From Malacoraja senta (lineage: Eukaryota), in contig CM075996.1 of assembly GCA_038087875.1 (NCBI GenBank), positions 2,234,001 to 2,298,000 of the forward strand: a DNA stretch of 64,000 nt, read 5' to 3'. The notes beneath the pieces are model-generated. The model searched no databases. It saw nothing but the letters and a program-made list of their open reading frames with translations, and was not told the DNA's origin. Below, in pieces: positions 36,100 through 48,600 of this stretch (position 1 is its first letter; each line of letters begins with the position of its first letter). Made by a program: the position numbers and the translations under genes.

Positions 36100-36500
36100 C
36101 ATCACTTAAGCCCAAGCTGAAGGGCACCAATAAATCCATAATGCAGGGCAAAATCGGCAAGTAGCTCCATTATCACTAACTAAGTCCACCATCACCAACT
36201 AAGCCCACAATGCAAGGCACCATCGCCATCCAAATCCAAGGAAGACTATCACCAACTGATTCCCCAGTGAAGGGTATCTTCCTCACCCAGGGTGTAGGAA
36301 ACCATCACTATCACCCCCAATAGCAGGGTATCTCCACCATGACTCCAGGGTCTGGGACACCATCATCAACTTGGGTGTGGGAAACCATCACCATCTGCCT
36401 CCCAGGGTGTACCTTGCATCAGTGGATGACCTCACAGTGTAGGACACTAGCACCAAGTGATCCCAGGCTGCACAGCGCTTGAGTCCAGGGTATGGGCCGA
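36100..36500 (+). repeat. Degenerate minisatellite-like tract
   Basis: Recurring ACCATCACC and CCAGGGTGT(A/G)GGA(A/C)AC motifs. Confidence 0.55.
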
Positions 36501-36624
36501 AACTTAACCTAGAAAGTCAAAGGTTAAATCTAGCGAAAGATTGTATGATATCTGGGAGGGTAGAGGGGACCACAGTCTGAGATCTTATCATGTAGCCTTC
36601 AATACTCAAAGGCACAAGAAACGT

Positions 36625-37045
36625 TATAATGTTGCCAGGACTTGAGGAGGTGAGCTATAGGAAGAGGTTCGACAGGCAGGAGGCTAAGAGGTAATCTTGT
36701 AGAGTCGTATAAAATCATGAGGGGAATAGATAGGGTGAATGCGCAGAGTCTTTTACCCAGAGTAAGGGGATCAAGAACCAGAGGACATAGATTTAAGGTG
36801 AGGGGAAAAAATTAAAAGGAATCTGAGGGACAATTTTTTAACACAGAGGGTGGTGGGTAAATGGAAGAAGCTGCCAGAGGAGGTGGTTAAGTCAGGTACT
36901 ATATCAACATTTGAAAGACATTTAGGCTGGTATATGGTAGGAGAGGTTTAGAAGGATATGGCCCAAACAAAGGCAGGTGGGGCTAGTGGCGCATCTTGGT
37001 TGGCAAGGGTAAGTTGGGCCGAAGGGCCTGTTTCCATGCTGTCTG
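36625..37045 (+). mobile_element. CR1/HER1 3' fragment
   Basis: Homologous to 11925-12370. Confidence 0.88.
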
Positions 37046-38044
37046 ACTGTAACTGGAGATGCTGGAATCGCGAGCAAAACACAAAATGCTAGAGGAACTC
37101 AGCAGGTCAGGAAACATCTGTGGAGGGAATAGACTAACAGACTTCAGTGCTCCCTCAGATCTGCACTGGGTGGCAGTCTGCAAATCTATGCCCCAGTCCT
37201 GACGAACCAGCAATCTTCTGTTGTAGAGGTGAGCATGCAGCCTACTCAGCCAGTGCAGGTGGGTGAACTCGTTCCACACCAGCTGCTTTATTTTGGATTC
37301 CTCCTCGTTTCAGCAACTTTGTCGACTTTTGCAAGCTAACACAGTGAACGTCTGACTCTGCAACAGCACGGTTAATAACATAACCTCTTGCTTATTTTAC
37401 CAATGCCCAATAATACCTAATATAGCCCAGGGTAGCAAACAATGCATCTTCATTGTCCGTTTGAAGGCTCTGCCAGTTAATGGGTCCCTGTTGGCTGCCA
37501 CTGATGAATGTATTGTAGGCCTGTGTGAAGCTGACATGGACAAAGGTTCGGGACACTTTCGGCAATAACTTTTCGACTCTGTGAGAATTTGCCGTTTCCC
37601 AGAACAAATGGAACAAAGTGTCTATTTATAAAATTAGCTGCAACCTTGCATCGCAGGCTGCGAAAGAATTCCGAGCCTTCTGCCTTCCATGAATACCTTT
37701 CCAATGAGTTGGGCTGCAACCTGTGATACTTGATCTTTCAGGAGAAATTTTCTAAAGGGAGATGACCTTTGGAGCTGGTGACTGCCTGTATAATAAGCAT
37801 AATAAATTGGAATAGAGAAATAAAGATACATGATATCTGCATGTGTGGGAATGGGCAGGTGCAGTTTTTGGGTTGAGACCCTTTTCCCACCTTCCCCCCA
37901 ATGCTGGCTTCAGTTCCACTCTTCTGTGCCTTTCACATAAGCTGGTCTCAGGTCCTAACTGCTTGCCTTCCATCGTGAGCTTGTAGAAGCCATTCAGCAA
38001 CAGTAATCAACACAATCGAATCTCGCCTTGTGCTCAGCTGAAGA

Positions 38045-38270
38045 TAAATGCAAAGTGCTGTAGTAACTCAGCTGGTCAGGCAACATCTTTGGAGAAAAGG
38101 AATAGGTGACATTTTTGGTCAGAACCCTTCTTCAGCCACGAGCCGACCCAAATCGAACCAAAATGTCAACTATTCCTTTTCTCCAGAGAAGCAGTCTGAT
38201 GTGCTGAGTTACTTCAACACTTTCTGTCTATCCTCGGTATAAACCAGCATCTGCAGTTCCTGCCTACACA
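38045..38270. mobile_element. Fold-back Penelope pLTR pair
   Basis: 38050-38135 is inverse to ~38145-38235. Confidence 0.75.
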
Positions 38271-38489
38271 TTGTGCTCAGTTGTCGTGGCCTGCACAGAT
38301 TGGTACACAAGTTGAATGGCCTTTCTCTCCACGTTTCCTGCACCAGGCCAATGTTTGTACTCCTACATCTGAGGAGACACAACTCAACACACAATAGCCT
38401 CTACACCTGGACTATCCTGCTCCATGTGGTCTTGCATTTTACCATGTGTAGACAGTGGAAGGAATATGTGTTGTGTTTCCTGAGGAAAA

Positions 38490-38870
38490 AAGGCTGCACC
38501 AGCGGGGACTTGATTGAAACAGACAAGATCATGAGGGATCTTGAAAGGATGAATGTAAAGAGGAAGATTCCTCTTGTTGATTTAGAACTTGGCGGCATTG
38601 TTTAAAAATGAGGGAAAATGAAAATAAACTGGAGATGAGGTGATTTTATAAAATATTTCACAAGTCCATGCACTCTCTTCCTCGAAGGGTGATGGAAGCA
38701 GTCTCTGAATATTTTTAAGGCAGAGATAGGTAGATACTTGAAAAGATAAGGGAGTGATGAGCCATTGAGGTGATGTGAGAATGTGGAGTTGATGTTACGA
38801 ACAGCCGCAATGTTATGAAATGGAGGAACAGGCAGGAGAAGTACAGTGGTCTATTCCTGTTCCTAATCCG
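38490..38870 (+). mobile_element. Old CR1 fragment
   Basis: GDLIETDKIMRDLERMNVKRKIPLV plus 3' UTR remnants. Confidence 0.7.
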
Positions 38871-39924
38871 TGGCTATGCATGAACAAGCAAGTGGAGTTC
38901 TGCGGAAGTGTCCTGGAATGTTGACTGTTCTTCCTCCCACAGATGCTACCTGACCCGTTGAGTGTTTCCAGCATTCTCTGTTATTGCCTCGAATTTCCAG
39001 TGTCTGCAGCTTTCATTTACACCTCTAATACGTGGGCTCTGGCCTTCAAACCTCTTGTTCCTAACACTATCTGGTGAAGATGTGACCATGCAGAAAAATT
39101 ATAGAGCAGAGGATGAAACAGGTTCAGGAAAAACATTTATTGGAAACCTCGGGGCTGCTTACTGCTCCTTGAAATTGGCTTGACAGCTTCAATCTGTGTG
39201 CAGCAGGTGTATGATGTGAAACAAAGCCATCTCATTAATTTCTAATGCATAAACGTATTACCCTCCTTTTGTTAAACCTTCCATCAATGTAATTTAACAC
39301 CAGATCTGGCTTGACGCTCGGTAATTAAAGGATTCAGATATTTAGATGGTTGAAAAAACAAACTGAATTGCATGGACATATGTGGACGGTTGTAATTGTT
39401 GGTTAATTACGAAACTAAGATGAAAAGTAGGAAAATGTCATTGGCAAAAAAAAAAGCTAGCAGTGGGAAACATTTATTCACAGAGTTCAAGGAAAATAAA
39501 TCTCACTAACAAAAACAAGGAAACAATGTGAATGAGGTTAGAGTTAAGATGAAACCAAAAAAATATACAGGCATAAAATGACCAGCCAGCAAAGGAGAGG
39601 GTTGACACTTGGGAATATCAATGGGCTAGGAAAAAAAGCCAAAACAAATGGTTAGGAAGGCAAACAGAAAATGCAAAACTAAATATTAAAAAATATAAAA
39701 GAGAAAAAAAAGAGGTCCCAGATGGACATAGAGTTTACAAACCGTATGGATAATGACAATTGGAATCATTATTGTATTCCTTAGTAGTTGGTGATATACC
39801 CAGGAAATTAATGTGGTGGCAATGGCATCAGAAAACATAAAGACATTTAACATTGAAAAGAAACATATATTTGGTAAGCTATTAATCTAAGAGGAAAATA
39901 GCACTGGCATGGATATTAGAATAG

Positions 39925-40120
39925 AGTCACAACGAACTGTAGATACTGCAATCTTGTGTAGAACACAAAGTGCTAGAGTAACTCAGCGGGTTAGGCAGCA
40001 TCTCTGGAGGACATGGACAAGGGAAGCTTCGGGTCAGGACTCTTCTTCAATCTGGAATATTGCCGATCCATGACCTCCAGAGATGCCGCCTGACTCATTG
40101 AGCTATTCCAGCACTTTGTA
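39925..40120. mobile_element. Fold-back Penelope pLTR pair
   Basis: CACAAAGTGCTAGAGTAACTCAGCGGGTTAGGCAGCATCTCTGGAGG vs CCTCCAGAGATGCCGCCTGACTCATTGAGCTATTCCAGCACTTTGT. Confidence 0.78.
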
Positions 40121-42307
40121 CAGATAATAGAAAATGTTAGGAGTGATGTAGTTGATAGTGAGATGACTTGAGATGGCATGCTGAAGGTTAATGTGATTCC
40201 GACATATTCAAAAAACATAAACAGAATAAACTTGGGACCAACAGATCATTTGGTTTTACATTAAAGATGAATGGCTTTGCCTCATTTACACAGAAGTATT
40301 CAATAATGTGGAGAAACCTGTATTGGTGCATGAAAAGGGGAGGAGTGGAAGGACATATGGAATATTAAAGGCTATGGTGAAGAGAGATGGGAAGAGACTC
40401 ATAATCTGGAATGGCCCAAGAACCATGAGTAGAAGCAATACTATTCGCAGGTATTTGTGGAGTAGGAGACATTTCTTCAAAAGGTAACCAAGGTACCATC
40501 TCAACTGACCTGAGAGCTAACGTGGTGTCAGTGAGATGCAGAACTCCTCACTGTTATATCTGGGGCTCGGACCAGACATGGGATCCAGGGCTCCACAGCC
40601 TCACCCAATATCTAGGCGCACACTCCATGAACAGCAGCCTGGCACACTGGGACCAGTTACGGGCTTTAGCGCAGATTTGGAAAGTTGCCAAAATTCATGC
40701 TTTTGCAGCTTCAAGGCGACAGAGATGAGACTCCAGACTAATAGCGCTGAAAGCTGACTCACGGCCCCTGACGTGATTGAGGGTCTCAAGAACTGCCAAG
40801 ACAAATATCAAAATCCAAGCGGCAGTGAAATGGACTGATCCCATAACTTGTGTTACAGATTTGAACTCGCACTGATGGTCTGTAATCCTAAACCGTGCAT
40901 ATATTTATCTTCCAGCTTCTCGCTGACCATGTCACTGCTCATGCTGGTGGTGAGTGACCTTTGTGAGTTGTGGGCCTGTGGAAATTAAACTTAATGGAAC
41001 AAGTAACAACTTCCACATCTTGACGATGTTCAAAGTACATGAAAATGGGGGGGAAAAAATCACGATTCCTTGAATGTCAAGATTTTTTTTTCAATTGTGT
41101 TTGCTCAAAGAACTGAATCATGGAAAGTTTACCACACCAGCTATTCAGCCCTACATGACCCTGCAGTTGAGAAAGACCTCCCAGCACTGGGTCATAGAGC
41201 TGTACAGCACGAAAACATGCCCTTCGGCCCACCTTGTCCTTGCTGCCCAAGTTGGCATACTGATCTAGTCCTAATTGCATGCATATGGCTCATAGACTTC
41301 TAAACCCTTATTATCCATATATCTGTCCAAATGCCTTTTAAAAGTCATAATTGTATCCACTTCCTCTGGCCTGTAGTAAAGATAAGTTAATTATTGGGCA
41401 GTTGGTTTATCTACTTCTTTGTACATCTGTAGGTTTATGTCAAGATGACTGAACTTTATTACCTTCCATCACAGTGAGGAATGTTGATTCCACTGTGGTG
41501 GATGTTTATGTTCAATATATTGTGTATTGTGTTTTTTTTTTAACTTGTATGGCTTTATGGTAACTCAAATATCACTATACCTTAATTGGTGCATGTGACA
41601 ATAAATGTGAGCTTGAACTTGAAGAACTTGAACTTGAGTTTGCTTCCTCCCACTAAGCCAATTTTGGATTTAATTTGTCACGTTAGATCCAAAGTGTTTA
41701 ACTAGCCTCCCATGTGGAACTTTGTCAAAACATCCACATCTTGAGGATATGCTCCAAAGACGTGCAGGTTTGTAGGTTAATTGGCTTCTGTAAATTGTTC
41801 TTAGCTTGTGGGATAGAATGGCGTTGGTTGGCATGGACTCAGTGGGCCGAACGGCCTGTTTCCACACTATATCTCTCAACTAAACTAAACAGCTTTGCTG
41901 CAATCACTGTATTCTACATCAAAGCAATGCCCTCATTGGTAGTCCTTGTTACCATTGCAAAAAAGATCAACCAACTGTGTCATCTGTCCATTCCCTTTGC
42001 AAATGCTGCCTGAATCTGCTGAGTTCCTCCAACATTTTGTCTCTTCATCGAACTGTACTTGGTATCCACATAAAAAATAGAGCTTCCAGTACCAAATCCA
42101 CACTGACTGTCAGTCTGAAGGGGCCCGACCCAAAACGTCACCTATTCCTTCTCTCCATAGATGCTGCCTCACCCGCTGAGTTCCTCTAGCATTTATGTCT
42201 ACCTTCGATTTTTCCAGCATCTGCAGTTCTTTCTTAAACAAACGTCCCTGATTAATCTGTCCTTTTCTACGTGAAAGCTTATTTTCTCCCATGGAATTGA
42301 TTCCAAG

Positions 42308-42610
42308 ACACAGTAGCAGTTAGTGGAGTTGCTGCCTCACAGCTCAGAAGAATGTGGTTCAATCTTGCTCTCTGGTGCTGTTTGTGTGGAGCTTGCACAT
42401 GTTCTCTCAGGCCACATGTGTTGCCTCTGAATGCTCCAGTTTCCTCCCACAACCCAAAGACATCTGGGTTGGCTGGTTAATTGGCCACCGTAACTTGAGA
42501 ATGTGAGGAGAATAAAATAGGTTGGGTTAAGATTAGTGTAGACGGGAGTTTGATAACTAGTGCACACTCAGTGGGCCAAAGGGCCAGTTGCCATGCTGCG
42601 TCTCTCTCAG
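42308..42610 (+). mobile_element. Diverged V-SINE
   Basis: GCTGCCTCACAGCTC..GGTTCAATC..TGTGTGGAGCTTGCACATGTTCTC..GGGCCAAAGGGCC. Confidence 0.75.
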
Positions 42611-43014
42611 TCTCGAACTTGGCTCTGTATGAAACCCTGTTTACTGCTGCTGCCTCAGGCCACCAAGGGACCTGGTACAATGCAGCAGCTTCTGGTCTAC
42701 TCCACACCAAACACTAGCAGATCCACAAACAAATACAAAAACGATGATAATCACTTCTTCCAATACAAACAGGAGGAAATGTCCCCCTTTGGCATGTTTC
42801 TTTCCATTTGATTCCAGTCTCAAAGGAACACATTACTGAGCGATAAAGTCAGCAGAATTAGCACAGGTGGTCTGGAAGCAGAGCCTTACTTCATTAGCTT
42901 TGCTTATTCTTGATAAAAAGTGATAGTTTCTTAAAACATCTCCACACAGATCTCAGGGTGGAGTGAGAATGCGTGCCTGTATTTGAATATGTGCAAATGT
43001 GTGTGTGTGTGTTT

Positions 43015-43680
43015 TAGAACATAGCAAAGGAACGGGCCCTTTGGCCTACAATGTCCATGCCGAACATGATGGCAGGCTAACCTAATCTCCTCTGTCTGCA
43101 TGTGCTCCATATGCTCCGTATATATGTGTCTACCTAAAATCTCATAAACGCCACTATCATATCTGCCTCCACCACCACCCCTGGCAGTGAGTTCCAGGCA
43201 CCCACCACCCTCTGCATAAAAACTTGCCCCGCACATCTTCTTTGAACTCTGCCCCTCTCACCTTAAATCTATGCGTGCTAGTTTAGTTTAGTGTAGTTTA
43301 GAGATACAGGTGGAACAGGCCCTTCGGCCCACCGGGTCCGCGCCGACCAGCGATCCCCGCACATTAACACTATCCTACACACACTAGTGACAATTTTTAC
43401 ATTTACCAAGCCAATTAACCTACAAACCTGTAAACCTGTACGTCTTTGGGGCGTGGGAGGAAACCAAAGATCCCGGAGAAAACCCACGCAGGTCACGGGG
43501 AGAACGTGCGAACTCTGTACAGACAGCACCCGTAGTCGGGATCGAATCCAGGTCTCCGGCGCTGCATTCACTGTAAGGCAGCAACTCTACCGCTAGTCCT
43601 TGACATATCAGTCTTGGAAAAAAGGTTCTGACTGTCTACCCTATCTATGCCTCTCATAATTTAATATACTTCCATCAGAT
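43015..43680 (-). mobile_element. CR1 fragment split by a young V-SINE (43279-43594, -)
   Basis: CR1 3' UTR/ORF end 43015-43277 resumes at 43595; SINE has (TTTAG)n tail and intact CpGs. Confidence 0.88.
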
Positions 43681-44304
43681 CTCCCATATGGCAGATATCT
43701 GGAATACTATGTATGTGCTATGACAGAGATAGGCACTTGTCATTCCTCCAAACACCCCAATACCTCTGTGAGCCCAGGGGCTGGCTGGGAAGGCAACAAA
43801 GATTGGTGATGGTACATGAGAGCGGAAGCAAGGGTCAGGTGGGGGTCTGATGAAAGGAGATGGGTGGACGGAGAGGGAAAGATATAATAAAATAAACAAT
43901 GTCGCAAAGAAGCTTTCTGCCTCAACAATTCCAGAAAAGTCAGGAGTTGTGTACACCAGGGACTTTACCACGTCATTATGTGCATGATCACTTGGACCCG
44001 CTGACAAGCAAAAGATCATCAGCCTCACAGCCCCACTGACAAGCACAGAACATGTTCCCTGCTTTATTACTGACCTCCCAGTGAGGTCACCTCTTTGGGG
44101 AACCAGTGACCTGCAGTTATGTCAACATCATTAAGCCGGAGCAGTTCAGCCATTTCCCAGAGGGAACATCTCTCGAAACTTGGGCTGGAATATGAAAAAC
44201 ATATCTCCCCCATCTTTATGTGATTTTGATAAACATAATTGACCTCAGGGCAAGACACAATAAAATGGCAGATGCTGAAAATCTGAATTAAAAACAGAAA
44301 ATCA

Positions 44305-44655
44305 AGAGGCATAAATGCTGCTCCAAGACAGATAATTGTGAAATTTCTTGATATCTCTTCAGTGGAAACTATACTGAAGAAGATTGTTCATGGTGAAAAT
44401 TTGATATATCGTGGGGAAAAGATCCGATTTTTCCGTGATTATCCTCCAGAGATTGTCCAGAGAATGAACCTGTTTACACCGACAAGAAACATATTGAGGG
44501 GTATTTCTAAAGTCAGATATGGTATTGTTTTTTCTGCAAAAATGAAAATTACATATAAGGAAATTGAGCGCTCATTTACGGACCCAGAAAAAGCATTTAA
44601 ATATGCAGAAGATATCATGAGGAAAGCATCCGAAACTTCAGAAGAAGACGACTAA
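44305..44655 (+). CDS. L1 ORF1 C-terminal portion (truncated)
   Basis: PRQIIVKFL...YRGEKIRFFRDYPPEIVQR...YGIVFSAKMKITY...FTDPEKA. Confidence 0.88.
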   Translation, partial: RGINAAPRQIIVKFLDISSVETILKKIVHGENLIYRGEKIRFFRDYPPEIVQRMNLFTPTRNILRGISKVRYGIVFSAKMKITYKEIERSFTDPEKAFKYAEDIMRKASETSEEDD

Positions 44656-45615
44656 AGGAATGAACATGGAACTTTTTAATTTCTAAGATGGAGCTGGAAC
44701 CGGCGGATTTCTCAGACAGTTACTGAGCTTATCTGTCTGGAATGTATTGGACAATATTGTTTAACCTTGAATGAAAAGCTCTCGTACAAAGAACGAGATA
44801 ACCTGAGTATTTAACTATGATATGCTAATTACAATTAACTAACTAACTTTAACAAAACTAATGTGAGTGTGTGTAGTAAATATGAATATTCATGAATAAA
44901 CCATTGCTTATAAATTGTAATTAACCAAAATGTCTATAACATTACTAACATTTTCTTTCTTTCTTTTTGAGTGGGAACGCAACATAAACTTGGAAAAAAG
45001 CCAGGAATGAGGTTAACCCCTCGGTACCTGCTTGTAGGGTAGCTGGCTAGATAAATTGGTACAGTACAAATACTTATAAAAATTAGAATAGGTTGTGGTT
45101 TATATTTGGATTTGGGGTTTAATTACATTAATGTTTTCTTTTTTTTTAACTCTTTAATATTTTATCTTTGCATATTTTTGTTATTATTATTATTATTATT
45201 ACTAATTTTTTTTTTTTAATTAATTTTTTGGGGGGCATTTTACTAACGCTAGTTTGATAAAGTTATACAAGAATAAACGAGACGGTTTGTAGGTTTTTTT
45301 TTTAAATTATTTTTTACGAGGTGTTAATAAGGGATTGGGGCTCACTGTAAAATAACATCAATGGAAGTCTATAATTCTTTCGCCACCTTAGGTGGCTATT
45401 TGTCTTTAAGGTACCTGCTTTTAGATACCTTAATTTCACTTTTTTTTTTAAATCACTTAATTAATTGTAAATCACAACTTTTCTTGCTTTATCTAAGGCA
45501 CTTTTGGAGATGGAGATGTAATGTAAACTTAAAAATTTGGAATGACCACCCAACGTCCAGAACACGGAGGTATTTGTTTGCACCATATGTTTCAAGAACA
45601 TCACTTTGATATACA

Positions 45616-48600
45616 ATGCAGGACGATAGGCAAATAAAGAATGGAGGAATCACATTCTGTAGTTGGAATATAAGGGGTGCCAATGAACCAATAAAGAGGG
45701 GTAAAATTTTTGCTCACCTAAAATCTTTGAAAAGCGACATAATCTACTTGCAAGAAACTCACATGAAACAGGAAACACAAATGAGATTAAAGGCGAAGTG
45801 GATAGGCCAAACATATTATTCGTCATTAACTTCTAAATCTAGAGGTACGGCTATTCTTATTCGAAAAGGTATACCGTTCAAATTAAAGAATACTATATCA
45901 GATAAAGAGGGAAGGTATATTATAGTTTCGGGAGAAATTTATGCTACCCCAATAACTATGGTAAATATTTACGCTCCGAATTTTGATAACCCTCAATTTT
46001 TTGAGAAAATTATAGATATAATACTGGAGTTTAATTATCAAAATGTCATAATAGGAGGGGATTTCAATTGTGTTTTAGATCCTTACTTAGACAAATCAGC
46101 AAAACAAAGAAGGAGTAATACAAAATCTAAGACTAGTGAATTTCTAAATACATATATAAAAAATACTAACATAACAGATGTATGGAGATCTGCTAACCCA
46201 GCAGGAAGGGAATACTCGTTTTACTCTTCGGTACATAAAACATACTCAAGAATTGATTATTTTTTAGTGGATAGGAAATTAATGCCATATATAATTAACC
46301 CAACTTACCATATTAGTAGTATTTCTGATCACTCTCCATTGACTTTTTTAGTAAAATTTGAAGGAATGCCAGGAAAGAATTTTTTTTGGAGGTTTAACAC
46401 ATATATATTAAATGACCTACAGGGTTATCAATATTTGAAACAACAAATGATATCATTTCTTGAGATAAATGATACACCAGGTACCTCACCTTCTTTAATA
46501 TGGGAAACTTTTAAAGCATTTATTAGAGGAATTATAATTTCATATGAAATTTTTCAAAATAAGAAGAATAAAACTGAACAGATGCTGTTAGAACAAGAAA
46601 TAAGACAGTTAGAGTTAGATAATGCTAAAGATCCCACTATAGATAAACATAATAAGATAATACTACTGAAATTTAAACTTAACCGAATTCTCTCGGCAAG
46701 AGTAATAAGATTATTCCAAATTACAAAACAGGAACATTTTGAGTTTGGTGACAAACCACATAAGCTGTTGGCGCGTCAATTGAAAAAACAGGAAAAGGAA
46801 AATACTATAAATAAAATTAAATCTGAGAATGGTGAATTACTAACACTACCTAAAGATATCAATAAAAGATTTGTTCAATTTTATCAGAATTTATACACAT
46901 CAAAAACCAAAACAGAAGATAGTAAAATTACAAATTTTTTAGATAAATGTAATCTACCAAAACTTGACCTTTTGGAACAAGAAGAACTAGGAGCGCAAAT
47001 TACAATCGAAGAAATAGGTGAAACAATAAAATTGCTGAAAAATGGTAAGACACCGGGACCAGATGGTTTTAGTAATGAATTTTATAAAAAGTTTCATGAG
47101 ATAACGACCCCCTATCTATTTAATTTATATACTCACGTTTTTAAAGAAAATAAATTACCTGAAACATTAGCAGAATCAACTATTACGCTTATTCCAAAGA
47201 AAGATAAAGATCTAGAGGAACCGTGTTCATATAGAGCTATATCACTTTTAAATACCGACCAGAAAATTCTAGCAAAGACCTTAGCTAGAAGACTAAGCAA
47301 ATATATTAGTAAATTGATAAACCCTGATCAAACGGGGTTTATACCCAAAAGATATTCATTTAATAATTTGAGACGCCTGTTTAATATAATGTACTCACAT
47401 AAAAAGGAAGAAAAAGACTTAGCAATTATTTCTTTGGACGCAGAGAAAGCATTTGATCAGGTAGAATGGCAGTATTTATACATAGTATTACAAAAATTTA
47501 ATATGGGAGAGAATTTTATTGCATGGGTGAAATTATTATATGATAAACCGATGGCAAGAATATTAACTAACAGCATGTTATCTCAAAAATTTCAATTATC
47601 AAAATTACCCCTGCTATTTGCCCTTATGATAGAACCTCTGGCTGAAAGTATAAGAAGCCATCCGAATATTCAGGGTTATAATACTAGGGACTCAAATAAT
47701 AAAATTTCATTGTATGCAGACGATATTTTGTTATATATAACAAATTCACATACGAGTATACCAAATTTATTAAATTTAATAGAGGAATTTGGGTCCTTTT
47801 CAGGATATAGAATAAATTGGAACAAAAGTGAAATTATGACGTTAAAACCTCAAGAATCCACACACTTATTGAAATTCCCCTTTAAAATAGCAACAGAAAA
47901 ATTCAAATATCTGGGTATACAGATTACTAGAAAACATAAAGCTTTATTCAATGCTAATTTTATACCCTTAATAAATAAACTTAATATAATGATAAAATTT
48001 TGGAAAACACTCCCTTTATCATTAATAGGCAGAATAAATGCTATTAAAATGAGCTTCTTACCACAGTTATTATACTTATTTCAATCTATACCAGTATATA
48101 TACCAAAATATTTCTTCTCTAAACTGAATGCTAATATTACTAATTTTGTTTGGGATTACAAATCACATAGAATTAAAAAAGAACACTTATGTAAACCAAA
48201 AGATGTCGGGGGACTTTCACTCCCTAATTTTTTGTATTACTATTGGGCAATACATATTAAGAATATAATTTACTGGTTGGATAGTTCAACTCAACAGACA
48301 GAATGGATAAAAATGGAGAAAGAGGATTGTTATCCTTGTAATATAGGAACAATCCTCTTCTCCCCGAAAAAAATGAACAATACAATATATAAGAAAAACC
48401 CAATTATACAAGATACAATAAGAATATGGAAACAAATAAAACTATCCTTAAAATTAAGAAACCTATCATTGTTAACACCGATAGCGAATAATCCTTTATT
48501 TAAACCATCTATGATGGATAAAATATATAATCAATGGGAAAGTTTAGGAATTAAAAGGATCGGGGATATGTATGAAATGGGAGATTTATTATCATTTCAA

